From NCBI RefSeq assembly GCF_000143415.4, contig NW_003314287.1, positions 766,203 to 830,202 of the forward strand: a stretch of DNA of 64,000 bases. Direction: 5' to 3'. A program made the position numbers and the translations under genes. Below the pieces are notes generated by a model, which made no database searches, was not told the origin of the DNA, and saw only the letters and a program-made list of their open reading frames with translations. This document shows, piece after piece, positions 48,401 through 60,811 of the stretch (positions are counted from its first letter, which is position 1; each line of letters begins with the position of its first letter). Source of the stretch: Selaginella moellendorffii (Eukaryota > Plantae > Lycopodiophyta).

Positions 48401-49885
48401 AGAAACTCGAAAGAGAGGAGGGCAAGAAAGATGCCCTCCATTTATGTGGCGCACCCAAGAAAAAACGCAAACGTATCAAAAGTTCCCGGTGTAGATCATG
48501 CGTTGGATGGCCGCCATTGCGAAGTCAATGGGAGGAAGCTGAAGACGAAGAAGAAGAAGAAGAAGAAGAAGGGGAGAATCTACGGGAGAGAAGCATCTCC
48601 TGACCGCGTCCTTTGAATGTTCAAACAGGAAAAAACGAGAAAAAATCCACGCGAGTTTTGCTGGTTTCTCTCTGTTTGTTTGTTTTGGTTTGATCGATAA
48701 GCATTGCTTTGTTGATGTCCCCAAAGATGAGTAGTGTAATCCCGATTCCCATATATTCTCAGTGTTATAGAAATGGCGATAGCCTTGTTTTGATTGATCA
48801 TCTTGATTTCTTACTGTTGCTTCTCCATTGTTTATGGTGTGTGTCTTTGGTTGGTGTGATCGATCAATCGCGCAGCAACGACAAACGATGTTCCAGCCAG
48901 CATGCCCCTGTGAGGAAATTGGAGAAGCATCCAAATAATAGATTCCGCCACCCAAAACAAGGCTGCACACTGTCCCATTGTCGTTTGATTCCTGCTTAGA
49001 GGCAATCACGTATTCAAGAAGCGCGGGGTATCAAAGATTCTAAAGAAATAATGGATGCCAACAACAACGGGTTGGAAAAAGGAATTCCATGCAATCAGTC
49101 GCGAAAATCAAACGCAAGACGACGCGCTCAAGGGCTTTGTCACGTTGCTCCGCAATTTTCCACTGCCATACAAAAACGCCATCAATCCTCTTGACTTAGA
49201 GCAAAAATATATCAAGTTCTTCATTCTTTGCTGGCAACCATGGAATGCAAGATCGATCATATGTTGGAAGAAGCAAAAGCACTAGTAACTTGATGAATTT
49301 ACCCTAACAGGAAAGGTGGTGGAGCAAAGAATGCTTAGAAAAGAGGAAGATGCCTCTCCCTGGGTTGATATCCCCAATGCGCTTTCTTTGCTTGGAATTC
49401 TCCTGAGAGTGGCAGACCAAATATAAAACAGGACCCCACAAACCAAGTAGAGCACATAACCCTCTCTAAGCAAAGCGCGAAGCAAGGCAAGGCATCCAAG
49501 GGGGCATCTTTCCTGGCTTTAGATTTCTTGGACGACGGATCGATACACCCCAAAATTCCCTTGCCAGTTGCATCGCATCACTAGTCCTGGTGAAAGAAAG
49601 AGGGAATAATCACCTGGAGCAAGAGGGCACCTTCTTTCTCTTTTCTTTCTAATCTCTGTGGAGAGATTACCAAAGATTCCTTCTTCCTATACTCCCACTC
49701 CTTATATAATTGGAGGGAGAGATTTGGAGAAATTGTCAACCGCAAAGCCACTCTTTCTTCTTTCCCTCATCGCTGCGCGGCGCGCTCTCTTTGTTTTATA
49801 TTTCTCGCTGGAGGGGGCGTGGATGGATTCACTTTTTAGATAGTTCCAGAAGAAGAAGAAGAAGAAGATCCCAGGCAAGAAAATT

Positions 49886-51844
49886 ATGCTCGATGGCTAC
49901 TCCAAGGAGGGAGTGATTGTCGGGCAGAATTGGGGGTCGTCCTCCTCGATCATCATCGACGACACCGAGGAGGAAGATCGCAGCAACCAGCAGGCCAAGC
50001 GATCGGCGATGGTGGACATGATCCAGGCGGCTCACCAGGCCCATCCCTCCCAGCTCGGTGGATCTTACAGTGGCTTCTTCCATCCCGGCTCGGGAGGAGG
50101 AGGGGGTGACGAATTCGATCGTCGCAGCGCTGCTTACATACCTTCGCAGTGGAGGGAGAGCCCGAATCCCTTTCTCAAGTACTACCACGCCAATTCCAGG
50201 GAAGGGGAAGGAACAGAGAAGCCATTGGATGATCTTGCCAGCAGCAAGATCCATGTCTTCCAGCGGGAGATCGAGATTTCCAGCGCCACCAGCGCGCCCG
50301 ATCTCAAGATCCTCTTCCCCAAGTCGTCATCCTTGGTTCGCCACCACGAAAGGAAGAAGAAGAAGAGGCTCGTCGATGGCGACGATGATCTCGATCTCCT
50401 GAGCTTGCGCCCGCCCAATTCCGCCCACTCGGACACCACCACCACCACCACCACCGCCACCAACGCTAGCAGCTCGCCCGATCGCGAGAGCTCCATCATC
50501 GCCCACAACCACAGCCTCTTCCACAAGCCCGCCCAGGTGGAGCTCCCGCGACCAAATCACATCGATCTCCCGCGATTGGATCCTCCGGGACACCACCAGG
50601 CCCTGGGATTGGAGCTCCTCAACGTGCTCCTCGAGTGCGCCCAGGCCGTGCATCGCCAAGACCTAGACTCCGCCACCGCCCTCCTCGCCCAGCTCAAGCA
50701 CGGCGCCTCCGTCTATGGCGACTCAATGCAGCGCCTCACCGCCCACTTCGCCGAGGGCCTGGCGACGCGGATCCTCCACCACCGCCACTCCGCCACCGCC
50801 GTGCAGCTCCTCCCGCCCGCCAAGCTCGACCTCCTCCACAGCCTCATCCTCCACCGCCCCGCCGCCAACCCCGCCGCCGCGGACGATCACCTGGCCGCCT
50901 TCACGGCGCTCTACAAGGTGTCGCCCTTCTTCAAGCTCGCCCACTTCACGGCCAACCAGGCGATCGTGGAGGCGGTGGCCGGGCGCGCTAGGGTTCATGT
51001 CATCGACCTCGACATCCTCCAGGGATTCCAGTGGCCGAGCTTCATCCAGGCGCTGGCCAGCCGCTCCGGCGGCCCGCCATCGCTGCTCACGCTCACGGGC
51101 ATCGGATCCAGCGCGGAATCGCTGCGCGACACGGGCAATCGCCTCTCGAGCTTCGCCGCCATGTTTGGCGTGCCCTTTCGATTCCAGCCCCTGGTGGTGG
51201 GCAGCCTCGAGGAGCTGGATTTGGGGGCGAGGATCGAACCCCGGACCGGCCATGGCGAGGTCGAGGATATGGAGGAGGAGGAGGACGAGGAGGAGGAGGC
51301 GGTGGCCGTGAATGCCGTGTTCCAGCTCCACCGGTTGCTCAATGCGCCGCGGGAATCGCGCAAGCTGGAGCGATTCCTGGCGGGGCTGCGGCGGATCCGG
51401 CCCGCGGCGGTGACCGTCGTGGAGCAGGAGGCGGCGCACAACGCCCCGGACTTCATCGCGCGCTTCGTGGAGGCGCTCCACTACTACGCCGCGGTGTTCG
51501 ATTCGCTGGACGCGTCGCTGCCGCAGCGCGACGAGGAGAGGGTCCGGATCGAGCAGGTGATGTTCGCGGCGCAGATCAAGAACATCGTGTCGTGCGAGGG
51601 GGCGGAGCGGATCGAGCGGCACGAGAAGATGGGGTTTTGGGCGGGCAAGATGGGCGAGTGTGGCTTCGCGCAGGCGCCCATGAGCTCGCACTCGGTGAGC
51701 CAGGCCAAACTGCTCCTCCAGCTCTGCCCCTGCGATGGATACCGGGTGGTGGAATCGCCGTGCGAGGGGTGGCCGGTGGGATCGATCTCTCTCGGCTGGC
51801 AGCAGCGATTGCTCCTCACAGCCTCGACGTGGGGTTGCGCTTGA
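49886..51844 (+). CDS. GRAS transcription factor (RAM1/SCR-like), intronless
   Basis: LLECAQAV, GDSMQR, HFTANQAI, VHVIDLDILQGFQWP, VEQEAAHN, RFVEALHYY..FDSL, ERHE, LGWQ...ASTW. Confidence 0.93.
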   Translation: MLDGYSKEGVIVGQNWGSSSSIIIDDTEEEDRSNQQAKRSAMVDMIQAAHQAHPSQLGGSYSGFFHPGSGGGGGDEFDRRSAAYIPSQWRESPNPFLKYYHANSREGEGTEKPLDDLASSKIHVFQREIEISSATSAPDLKILFPKSSSLVRHHERKKKKRLVDGDDDLDLLSLRPPNSAHSDTTTTTTTATNASSSPDRESSIIAHNHSLFHKPAQVELPRPNHIDLPRLDPPGHHQALGLELLNVLLECAQAVHRQDLDSATALLAQLKHGASVYGDSMQRLTAHFAEGLATRILHHRHSATAVQLLPPAKLDLLHSLILHRPAANPAAADDHLAAFTALYKVSPFFKLAHFTANQAIVEAVAGRARVHVIDLDILQGFQWPSFIQALASRSGGPPSLLTLTGIGSSAESLRDTGNRLSSFAAMFGVPFRFQPLVVGSLEELDLGARIEPRTGHGEVEDMEEEEDEEEEAVAVNAVFQLHRLLNAPRESRKLERFLAGLRRIRPAAVTVVEQEAAHNAPDFIARFVEALHYYAAVFDSLDASLPQRDEERVRIEQVMFAAQIKNIVSCEGAERIERHEKMGFWAGKMGECGFAQAPMSSHSVSQAKLLLQLCPCDGYRVVESPCEGWPVGSISLGWQQRLLLTASTWGCA

Positions 51845-53307
51845 GAGCCACGATCGAGAGATCTATTTTCGATCGATCGAGTGGTATAGCGAGCAGAGTA
51901 TCATCAAGAAACGCAGAATTTCTTGGAAGAGTTTTGGAGAGAAGGGGGTTTTGGGTCGAGAATCTACACAGTACATAAAAGAAAGATGTTTATAGAGAGG
52001 ATGGAGAATTCAATTCGAGCACCTTTTCAGCAAAGATCTGGGAGCTTGCTAGCTCAAGAACTATTCAAATTTGGACCGTTGGATTGGGATGGCTGGAGCC
52101 GTCGGATCCGTCTTCGTCCTCTAGCGCGGAAGGGGAGCCCCAAATTCCTCCCGTCGATCTGGGTCAAGATATCGAAGTGCCTGAATCCGATGTGACGCGC
52201 GCGCGCCAGCGCGATCGCCCAGGACCACAGTAGCTCCTCCAAATCTGATGCCTGCTCCCTCCACCACGACCGAAGATGCGTCCCCTGTTTTTAGGGTTCT
52301 TCGCAGGGGAGCCGTCCCTTTCCCCGATTTCTTTCACATTCTTTTCTCTCCGGAGCGAATCTCTCCCGGGGCAGACGGCCACATGTTTACGTATGCGCGG
52401 ATTCGTCTCTAAAGTTCTCTGTTCTTTAGCTGGGGATTGATTTTTTCTCGATTGTGCCAAGTTTGTAAGGGACAAGCTTTGCTGATCTTCGCGAACAAAC
52501 AAACAATGGGACGATGGAGAGATTGAGGAGGAAGAAGAAGAAACCTTTTTTTTATCCTTGTGTGCTCCCCCCCTCGCTCGCTCGCGCGATTGCAAAAGGC
52601 AGAAGATTCCCCTTCTAATGGGATCTGTGATGATTTGGAGAGAGCGGCCATGATTCGGAATAAAAAGTGTTGGCAGCAAGAAAAAGAGGAGGAAATCAGA
52701 AGAATTCCAATTTCCCATGATACCTTGATTCGCTGCCGCACCCATTGTGGAAAGGGCTGCTGCATTACAGTCAACTTCGCAAAAATACGGCAACAGGGAA
52801 AATTCCCAAGGAAAAGAAAAGGTGGTGGATTCCGAGTCAAGTAGCTTGTATGTGGTACCCTTTTTCTGGCACCTTGACAATTGTACGGAAGTGGACACAG
52901 GAGAACAAAGAAAGGCAAAGGCCTCGAATTTCCACGCTTTGTTGTTGGTGTTGGTGTTGCAAAAGTTGCTGGGTCCATCCAATGGTTTTCACGAGGAGAA
53001 TTTTTCCATTCTTTTTAGTGGCAGCTGCGGCAAGGAGTGCCGCCATTTGGCTCCTTGAAGAATCCAGATCCCAAGTTGTCTCCACTTCTGGAACTGTTCT
53101 CTCTTTGTCAAGAGATTTGCCAACTTTTTTATTGCTTTGATACTTTTTTGCTTGTGCTGTGCCAATATCATTGAGGCATTGCCTTCCGTACGCTCTAGTG
53201 CTAGAAGTGGATGGGATATCTCTTTTTTTTTTTTTTCTTTTAGCTGGAAGATGGAAGATATGGACTGATGATCGAGAGATTCCACGTAAAAAAACTCAAG
53301 CTTTCTT

Positions 53308-55307
53308 CTAGGCGATCATGGTATACGGCTCCGGCGACTTCTTCTTCTCCGCGAGCTTCTTCTCGATCCTGGACGCGAGATCCCCGTCGCATTTCCGGAA
53401 GAGACCCATTTGACGCTCTTGGATGAACTCGGCGGCTCCGCGGATGTGGTTTGCAATGTTTGACACGGTTTGCTCCTTGTCTTCCTCGGACATGAGTTTC
53501 CAGAGCATACGGGGCTGCTCGTAGTCGTCCTGCTCTTCCCATTTTCTTGGAGGGAACCGGCCAACTGTTCCACCTTCATGCCTGCGTAGAAGAAGGAAAA
53601 GGAATGTTAGAAGCTCCTTCTCGGTGATAGGAAACAAAAGCTTTGCTTACTCGTACGGGTGAACATCCGGCTGAGTCGGGTCGTTTTGAGGCAAGTTGTC
53701 GTACGAGTTCGGATAGTAATTGGGTTTGCTGCCGCCGTTGTCCGAGACAACCATCGCTCCATCTCGAGAATATGTCTGGACTTTCACAATGGGTTTGTTG
53801 ATCGGAACCTGGATGGTGGTAGACACAATCAGATCACATTTAGAATCTTTGGAAAATTATAAATTCTTACGTCGTGGAAGTTTGTCCCAATTCTGTATCG
53901 AGCAGCGTCGTCGTAAGCAAAGAGCCGGGACTGGAGTATACGGTCCGGGGAAGCCTCAATCCCAGGAACAAAGCTTCCTGGAGAGAATGCCGCTTGCTCC
54001 ACTTCCGCGTGATAGTTTTCGACATTTCTATCGAGAACGAGCCTGCCAACTTCCATGAGGGGATAATCCTTGTGCAACCACACCTGAAATCCACGTCCTT
54101 GAAAAACAGAAGAAGAAGAAAAATTGTGTCACATACCTTTGTCAAGTCGAAAGGATCCCACTTATACTTTGGAGCGTCCTCCAGCGGCATAACTTGGACG
54201 TAGAACTTCCAGGCCGGGAAGTTCCCTTCCTCTATGCTAGTCAAGAGATCCTCGGTCGCATAGTCTGGTTTAGACCCCGAGAGACTCACGGCCTCTTCGT
54301 GGGTCAAGTTTTTGATGCCGTGCTCCGTGACGAGATGGAACTTCACCCAGTGAGCTTTCCTCTCCTTGTTGACCCACTTGAAAGTATGCGAGCCGTATCC
54401 GTTCATGTTTCTATATGTAGCCGGCACTCCTCGAGGCGAGAATGTGATCAAAAGCTTCACAAGGAGAATCGACAAAGTTGATCAAAGTTACGCAAAGAGT
54501 TATAAGTTACCTGATGCATGGACTCGGGAACCAAGCTCAGAAAATCCCAGAACGCGTTTGGATCTTTGGCGTTGGTCTTGGGGTTCCTCTTTTGCGAGTG
54601 GACAAAGTCGGGAAACTTGAGAGGGTCCCGGACCCAGAAAACTGGCGTGTTATTCCCGGTCATGTCCCAGTTCCCCTCCTCGGTGTAAAACTTAACCGCG
54701 AAGCCTCGGACATCTCGCGCAAGGTCGGTGAATCCACGCTCGGCCGCCACGCTCGAGAACCTGGCGAAAACGGGGGTCCTCTTTCCGGGCTCGCTCAAGA
54801 ACTTTGCCTTGCACAAGTTTGATACGTCCCTACAAATGGCACGGAGTCCGAAACGTAAAAGAAACAAGCGAGCCGAGTAGCAGACTTACTTTGTAACTTC
54901 GAAGTATCCATGAGCTCCGGCACCTTTGGCATGGACGAAGCGCTCGGGAACTCTCTCACGGTTGAGCCGTGCTTGCTTCTCAAACAAATGGACGTCTTCA
55001 AACAAAAGGTGTCCACTCTGTCCTACAGTCACACTAGAGGAAAACAAAGAAAAACAAAGCTTTCGATCGAATCAAGACAAAAAAAACCAAAGCTTTTGAT
55101 CGAATCCAAGCTTTGGGAAGAACCACAGTACCTGTTGTTATCGTCCGAGACTGGAGCTCCGGCGAGGGTGGTGTGGAGAGGCTTGCCCGAGCTTCCAACT
55201 CGCACGCTAGCGCTCTTGCTGTTGCCATTCGAGGCCTTGGATCCACTCTCGGCGTCCATGGAGCTTCTCACCGTGAACACTATGGAGGAAGCGCCCAGCG
55301 AGGCCAT
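53308..55307 (-). CDS. Monofunctional heme catalase, clade-3-type, multi-exon
   Basis: [52 protein letters not shown], heme-ligand motif [12 protein letters not shown]; start at 55307 or 55259. Confidence 0.93.
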
Positions 55308-55520
55308 TCTTTAAAATACCGTCGCTGGCGCCACGCTCTAAAGTACTATACACCGGCGCCGGACGTGGCGCCGCGAAGATGGCACAAACTGGCAGAGCCA
55401 TGTCCTCACACTCGGAGTTCCATCGTCGCTACACCTAGCATTTGACAAGAAAACGAAAGCTGGGGTTAGACCTAGAAAGTGATCGTGATGATCCCGCGAA
55501 GTTTCTAATCCAAATGCTTC

Positions 55521-57182
55521 ATGAGATGCCTGGCATCCATCGCCGATCGCCCAGCAGACAAGATCACCCGCATTGCGCGATTCGATGACTTGGGCGCCGC
55601 GAGCACGGCCTTGGGTTCCAAGAACAAGGATTACTTGGCGTGGGACGCGATGCTCATTGACTATGCCAGCAACCGGCACTGCGAGGAGGCCAAGGCGGCG
55701 TTTGATTCCATGCCGGCGCACACTCTAGTCTCTTGGAACGTTATTCTCAATGCGTTTGGGCGATCTGGGCTCGTCGATAGAGCAAAAGAAGTCTTCGATT
55801 CAATGCCGCGGAGAGATCTGGTCTCCTGGAACTCCATTCTCACAGCATATGCCCATAATGGGCATTTGGGGCTCGCAAAGATTTTGTTTGAGCAGATGCC
55901 GCTGAGAACACTCGTCTCCTGGACAGTCCTTTTGGTGGCGTTTGCAAACCCTTCTTTTGCAGATGAAGCGGAGAGGATCTTTACTCAAATGCCGGAGAGA
56001 GATCTGGTTTGCTTCAATGCGATGCTCGCGCAATACGCCAAGCTCGGGCGAATCGATCAAGTCAAGAGCTTGTTTCATGCAATGCCCGCCCGATGTTTAC
56101 TCTCATACACAGCGCTCCTAACTTGCTACGCACAAAACCTCAAGCTGAGAGACGTTGATCTTGTTCTAAGCTCCATGCCCGAGACCGATGTAATTTCCTG
56201 GACCATTGCTCTGACAGCAAATGCCCAGGTAGGGCATCTGGAGAGAGCCAAGCACATCTTCAAAAGCATGCCCGCAAGGAGCTTGTTTGCGTGGGCGGTG
56301 ATGATCAACGCTTACGGAAGCAACCTCTGTCTTTCAGAAGCTCAGGGTTTGTTTGACACGGCACCGTTTCTGAACCTTGTGCTTTGCAACTCAATTCTTG
56401 CAGCAAATGCCCGTTGTGGGCATCTTGAGCAAACGCAAGAAACCTTCAACCAGATGCCAGAGAAGGACATTATCTCGTGGAACACCCTCTTGGGCGCGTT
56501 TGTCCTGGCCGGAAGACCACGCGACGCCAGCGATCTCTTTTCCAGGATGGAATTCGCCGATGCCATCTCCTGGACACTAATGCTAGCCGCCGTCCCATCG
56601 ATCGCCCAAGCTGAGCTTCTCTTCGAGCAAATCCCGGAGAAGAGTAGCGCGTGCTGGGACGCCATGCTCTCGTCCTACGCTCGATCCGGCCGGCTGGAGA
56701 TCACCCGCAAGCTCTTCGATCGCCTGCCATCCAAGAGCGAGTTCTCGTGGAGCACCATCCTCAGCTCTTACAGCGCCAGCTCCGACCACCATCGCCAAAC
56801 TTTCGAGCTCTTCGATCTGATGAAGATGGACCAGGAACCTTGCGAAGTTTGCTTCGTGTCGCTGCTCATCGCTTGCAGCCATGGAGGGAGCGTGGCCCGC
56901 GGCCGACACCACTTCATCTCCATGGGATTCGACTATGGCCTCACTCCCACCAAGCAAAACTTTTGCTGCATGATCGATCTCCTGGCTCGAGCTGGGCATC
57001 TGGAGGACGCCAGAGATCTCGTCGACCATATGCCTTTCCGGCCGTGCTCTCTCGACTGGACTTGCTTGCTTGGAGCTTGGAGAACTTACAATGGTCCTGC
57101 CAATGCGAAAGAAGTCCTGGCATTCAATCCTTCTTCGCCATCTTCTTATTCTCTCGTTGCAAACATCTGTTCTTCGAGGTAA
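55521..57182 (+). CDS. PLS-class PPR protein rich in short S-type repeats
   Basis: 553 aa ORF with repeated F..MP.RDLVSWN motifs and FCCMIDLLARAG. Confidence 0.9.
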   Translation: MRCLASIADRPADKITRIARFDDLGAASTALGSKNKDYLAWDAMLIDYASNRHCEEAKAAFDSMPAHTLVSWNVILNAFGRSGLVDRAKEVFDSMPRRDLVSWNSILTAYAHNGHLGLAKILFEQMPLRTLVSWTVLLVAFANPSFADEAERIFTQMPERDLVCFNAMLAQYAKLGRIDQVKSLFHAMPARCLLSYTALLTCYAQNLKLRDVDLVLSSMPETDVISWTIALTANAQVGHLERAKHIFKSMPARSLFAWAVMINAYGSNLCLSEAQGLFDTAPFLNLVLCNSILAANARCGHLEQTQETFNQMPEKDIISWNTLLGAFVLAGRPRDASDLFSRMEFADAISWTLMLAAVPSIAQAELLFEQIPEKSSACWDAMLSSYARSGRLEITRKLFDRLPSKSEFSWSTILSSYSASSDHHRQTFELFDLMKMDQEPCEVCFVSLLIACSHGGSVARGRHHFISMGFDYGLTPTKQNFCCMIDLLARAGHLEDARDLVDHMPFRPCSLDWTCLLGAWRTYNGPANAKEVLAFNPSSPSSYSLVANICSSR

Positions 57183-57241
57183 ATGTGGCCGAAAACAACA
57201 TCCCGGTCAGCGTTTTGTTCGTTATCACGTAGAACTTACCG

Positions 57242-58195
57242 CTAGAGCTTGACGAAGACTCGGAGTTCGCCTCTGTCTCCTCGAGTGATTCGGAAGTCAT
57301 CATCCAGGTAACTCACGGTAAACAGTCCACTGGAAGATGAACGCAAGAAGTCTGGTAACCTCGGAAGGTCGAGCGGTGGCAGCTCGCTTAGAACTCCCAA
57401 GCCTTTGATGGATGTTTTGTCAAAGATGATCTTCACGCTTGCTCCGCCTACATATATAACTATGTTGCATCGAACCATCAGATGGATTAAGCTAAGCAAA
57501 CCTGGAAGCTCAAAGGTATGAGCTAGTGTGGCTCTCGTCTCCAGTGGTGGCAAGGGCCAAGGTGTTGGGGCCCGAAACTCAACAATGTTGTCGAACTCGC
57601 GGCTTAATACATCGATTCTTTGGTACACCTTGTGAGCAAAAAAAAAAAAAAAGCAAAAAACTTTCACCAAAGAGATTCAAAGAGAAACTAAAAGAGTACC
57701 GGACCAAGTGTCAGAGGAAATCTCGCCGCCCGAGGCCCAGGCCTGCTGCCTCCCAGATTTCCGGAAGCAAAGGCACTGCTATAGACAAGCCTCCATTTCC
57801 CTTGCAACTTATCAAGATCACGAGGCAGGTCAATTTTATCCCCAGCGTCCTCGAGTCTCTTGGAAGCAAGGTCGGCAGCTTCAACATCATCGTCACTTGC
57901 GAAAATGCCTCTATCCAACCCGGCAACCACACTCTGGGAAGAGGAAATTCGTTAGCAAAGAAAGAAAAAGAGAGAAAAATTTCTAGATAAAGGGACAACT
58001 TACCAGGAGGTCAGCCTTCAGTGCTTTGGCTTCGAGAGAGGAAGAGGGCGAATTGACATCCGTTGCTGCTGCTGCTGCTGAAAAGCATATCAGATTTTCT
58101 CTTGCTGTATGCTTGTTCGATTTTCTTCTGCTGGACAAGTGTGAGCGATGATGATGCCATCGAGGCAGTGAATGAATGAATGCAACAGTAGTCAT
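57242..58195 (-). CDS. Plastid lipid-associated protein / fibrillin, multi-exon
   Basis: VAGLDRG, LQGKWRLVYSSAF, VYQRID, LAHTFE, YLDDDFRITRGDRGELRVF; transit-peptide-like N-terminus. Confidence 0.9.
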
Positions 58196-58328
58196 CGAAC
58201 CTAAGTGTAAGACGAACACCGACCAAAGTACAGCAAGTAACTTAAGCTGTGAGAATATTTCTTATTGCTGAAAAATAAATGAGATGTATAAGTAATCAAC
58301 TTTTGAGCAGAACCTGGCTTATTCGATC

Positions 58329-60452
58329 CTACAAGTTCACCCATTTCAAGGGGTCCAGTGCCTCACCATTCCTTCTAACTGTAATGAAGTGATTAAGAAA
58401 AGGAATGATTGATCTATCTCTTAGGAACAAACCTTCAAAATGAAGATGAGGCCCAGTTGCGTGCCCCGTGGCTCCTACCGCTGCGACTCGCTGGCCTCTC
58501 GAAACTTGCTGTTACAAAAATAAAACCCGTTAAAAAAAGCTTAGCAAAACTCACTCCGCAAGTACCTGACCAACGCGAGCATGAATGGCACAGCAATGCG
58601 CGTATCTAGTTACAAACCCTCCTTCATGTTGAATTGCAACCAGGTATCCATATCTGCACGACTAGGTAGAAATGAAGCGACCAGGACAGAAAGAGAAAAG
58701 AATACCCGCCACTCCATCCGGCAAAAGTTACGAGTCCTCTGTTTGATGCAAGGATTGGACTGCCTTTATCTGCCGCAAGATCTACACCCTGAAACGTGAA
58801 CTCAAGTTAAAGTTTAGATATGATATGGTGTCATCATTTACCTCGTGGAAGGCACCCCATCGCCAACCAAACGGGCTACTTATGAACCTGCATTGGAAAG
58901 TAGTGTAAATGTTTCACACAACGTCGAAAGTTCCTTACGCGTCAGTAAGAGGAGAACTGAATTGAAATCGCTTGTCTCTTGGTTGTTGGAAGCCTTTCTT
59001 CTTTGTTTTCCATCGCCCTGCCAGATATACGGCTGTAAGAAAATGATTTCTTGAAGTAAACCGGCAGCTACCTTCAAGCTTGATTCCTCCACTTGCAACT
59101 CTTGCTTTGAACGTGAGAGCCGGACCTCCGACTGGATATTTACTGCTTCCTTGTAGCGAAGACGTGTGCCTGGAGAACAATGGACGACTGGTCCTCCGCC
59201 TGCCGGATCGTATGTCCGAGATGTCTATACTTGTGGGGTCTGTGAAGAACAAACATTAAATACATCAATGAGTGCAAGGTTTTACCTGAAGCGATGACAA
59301 GGTGGTCGCCTTCGAAAATAGCATCATCCCGCAAATGGTTAAGCTTTTGCAACTCCCTGATGGTTAAACTGGGGAAACGACACCACTTTTTCGAAAACTA
59401 AACAGAATAGAAGAAACATACCCGTTGGCACAAGCTATGTCTGCCAAAGTATCGCCATACCGAACCTTGACGTACTTCAATGGCCCGGGCATCGGTTCTT
59501 TCCTCCCGGCAATAGGTAAGGGTGTCTCGAGAATGCCATCCAGCAAACCATTCCTTTCTTTGAAGCTTGCTTTCTTTCCAAGGTATGTCCCGTGCAGACG
59601 ACGAGAGTGTGCTCTATCAATCTTCAACACACTGTAGAAAAGAAAAGAAACAAAAGTTTAAAGCGATCCATGTAAGGAATGACAAAATGGTAGCAAACCT
59701 TCCCGTGTATATGGTATCAGTCTGTAGATTGTTTAGCCTGCGAAGAGCACTCACAGTGGTCCCATATTTCTCGGCAAGCCACTCCAAAGAATCTCCGTCC
59801 ACGACCTTGTGAACTCGATCTCGATCTCTCCACAAGAAGCTCCCAAGCAGCATGAAGATCTTACTGAGCGTCAGATTCTCGGCTTGGCTAGAAAACGAAG
59901 AATCCTTCACTGTGCTTGCCGTTGCTTCTCGAGCGTTTCTAGTTTGTGTTATAGGCTGCCGGACACTCACCGGAGGAATGCAAACGTTGGACGAGGAAGA
60001 AACTTGTGGAATCCTGATCCGGCTCCCTACGTGGATACTATCTGGATTGATTAAGTTAGGATTGGCCTTGAGCAATGATCTAGAAAAATCACAAGAGAAA
60101 GGTTGGCCAAAGAGAACACACGAGCAAAAAGGTAAAGGTACCTCAAATCCACATTGTGACGCCGCCCGATATCATAGAGCCAGTCCCCTCTTTGTACTTC
60201 GTGCTCGGTGAATTGCGCCACCGCCGCTGCCGTGGCCGCGGCCGTGGGACGAACATCGCTAGCGGAAGAGAAATTCTCCGACGAGTCCGAGACGAATTTC
60301 ACCGAGTCCTGGCAATCCGGCCATGAAATTCCACCCCCAGCCAAATCGAAGAACAAGAAGGCATACCTTTGCATTGTATTGTGGCGAAGGCCGGACGCTG
60401 ACCAAATCCGACACCATCGCCGCGAGAGCTCGCTGGAAATATCAAGATCCAC
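58329..60452 (-). CDS. Multi-LysM + peptidase M23 protein (MepM/NlpD-like), multi-exon; start uncertain
   Basis: Three LysM motifs (HEVQRGDWLYDIG, HKVVDGDSLEWLAEKYG, VKVRYGDTLADIA). Spliced 3' exons read ISSPFGWRWGAFHE-GVDLAA...TRYAHC...VGATGHATGPHLHFE...ALDPLKW*. Confidence 0.85.
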
Positions 60453-60811
60453 CCTTAAATCCTCATGGCGCCCTACGATCCTCCCTCGGAATTCTCGGAG
60501 CCGAAAGAAAGAAAGCCCTCCCGCAATGCGGGTGCTCCATCCCGCTGCCCTAGATCACGCCAAGAAAGCGCCAATCTTCATGGGTGGGATCGATCGATCG
60601 ATCGTGGAGCCGAGGGATGGAATCCACCTGTTCTTTGCTACAAGCTATTTCCTACTGTACTGGCTGATGCGTTGTTTTGGAGTGATTGAGACGGGTTCGA
60701 CGGACATAGTATTATATTTTAGCCCGTCACTGGACATTCTGGGGCGGAATCCGGAATTTCTAGTGTTCTTCCCATGACCTGGACGATCCAAGCCCTAATC
60801 GCTATGATGCT

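Noticed and set aside
53152-53171. miR171-like sequence (TTGTGCTGTGCCAATATCAT) downstream of the catalase stop
   Set aside because: No complementary arm for a precursor hairpin; as a target site it has two mismatches in the miRNA 5' region; likely chance.
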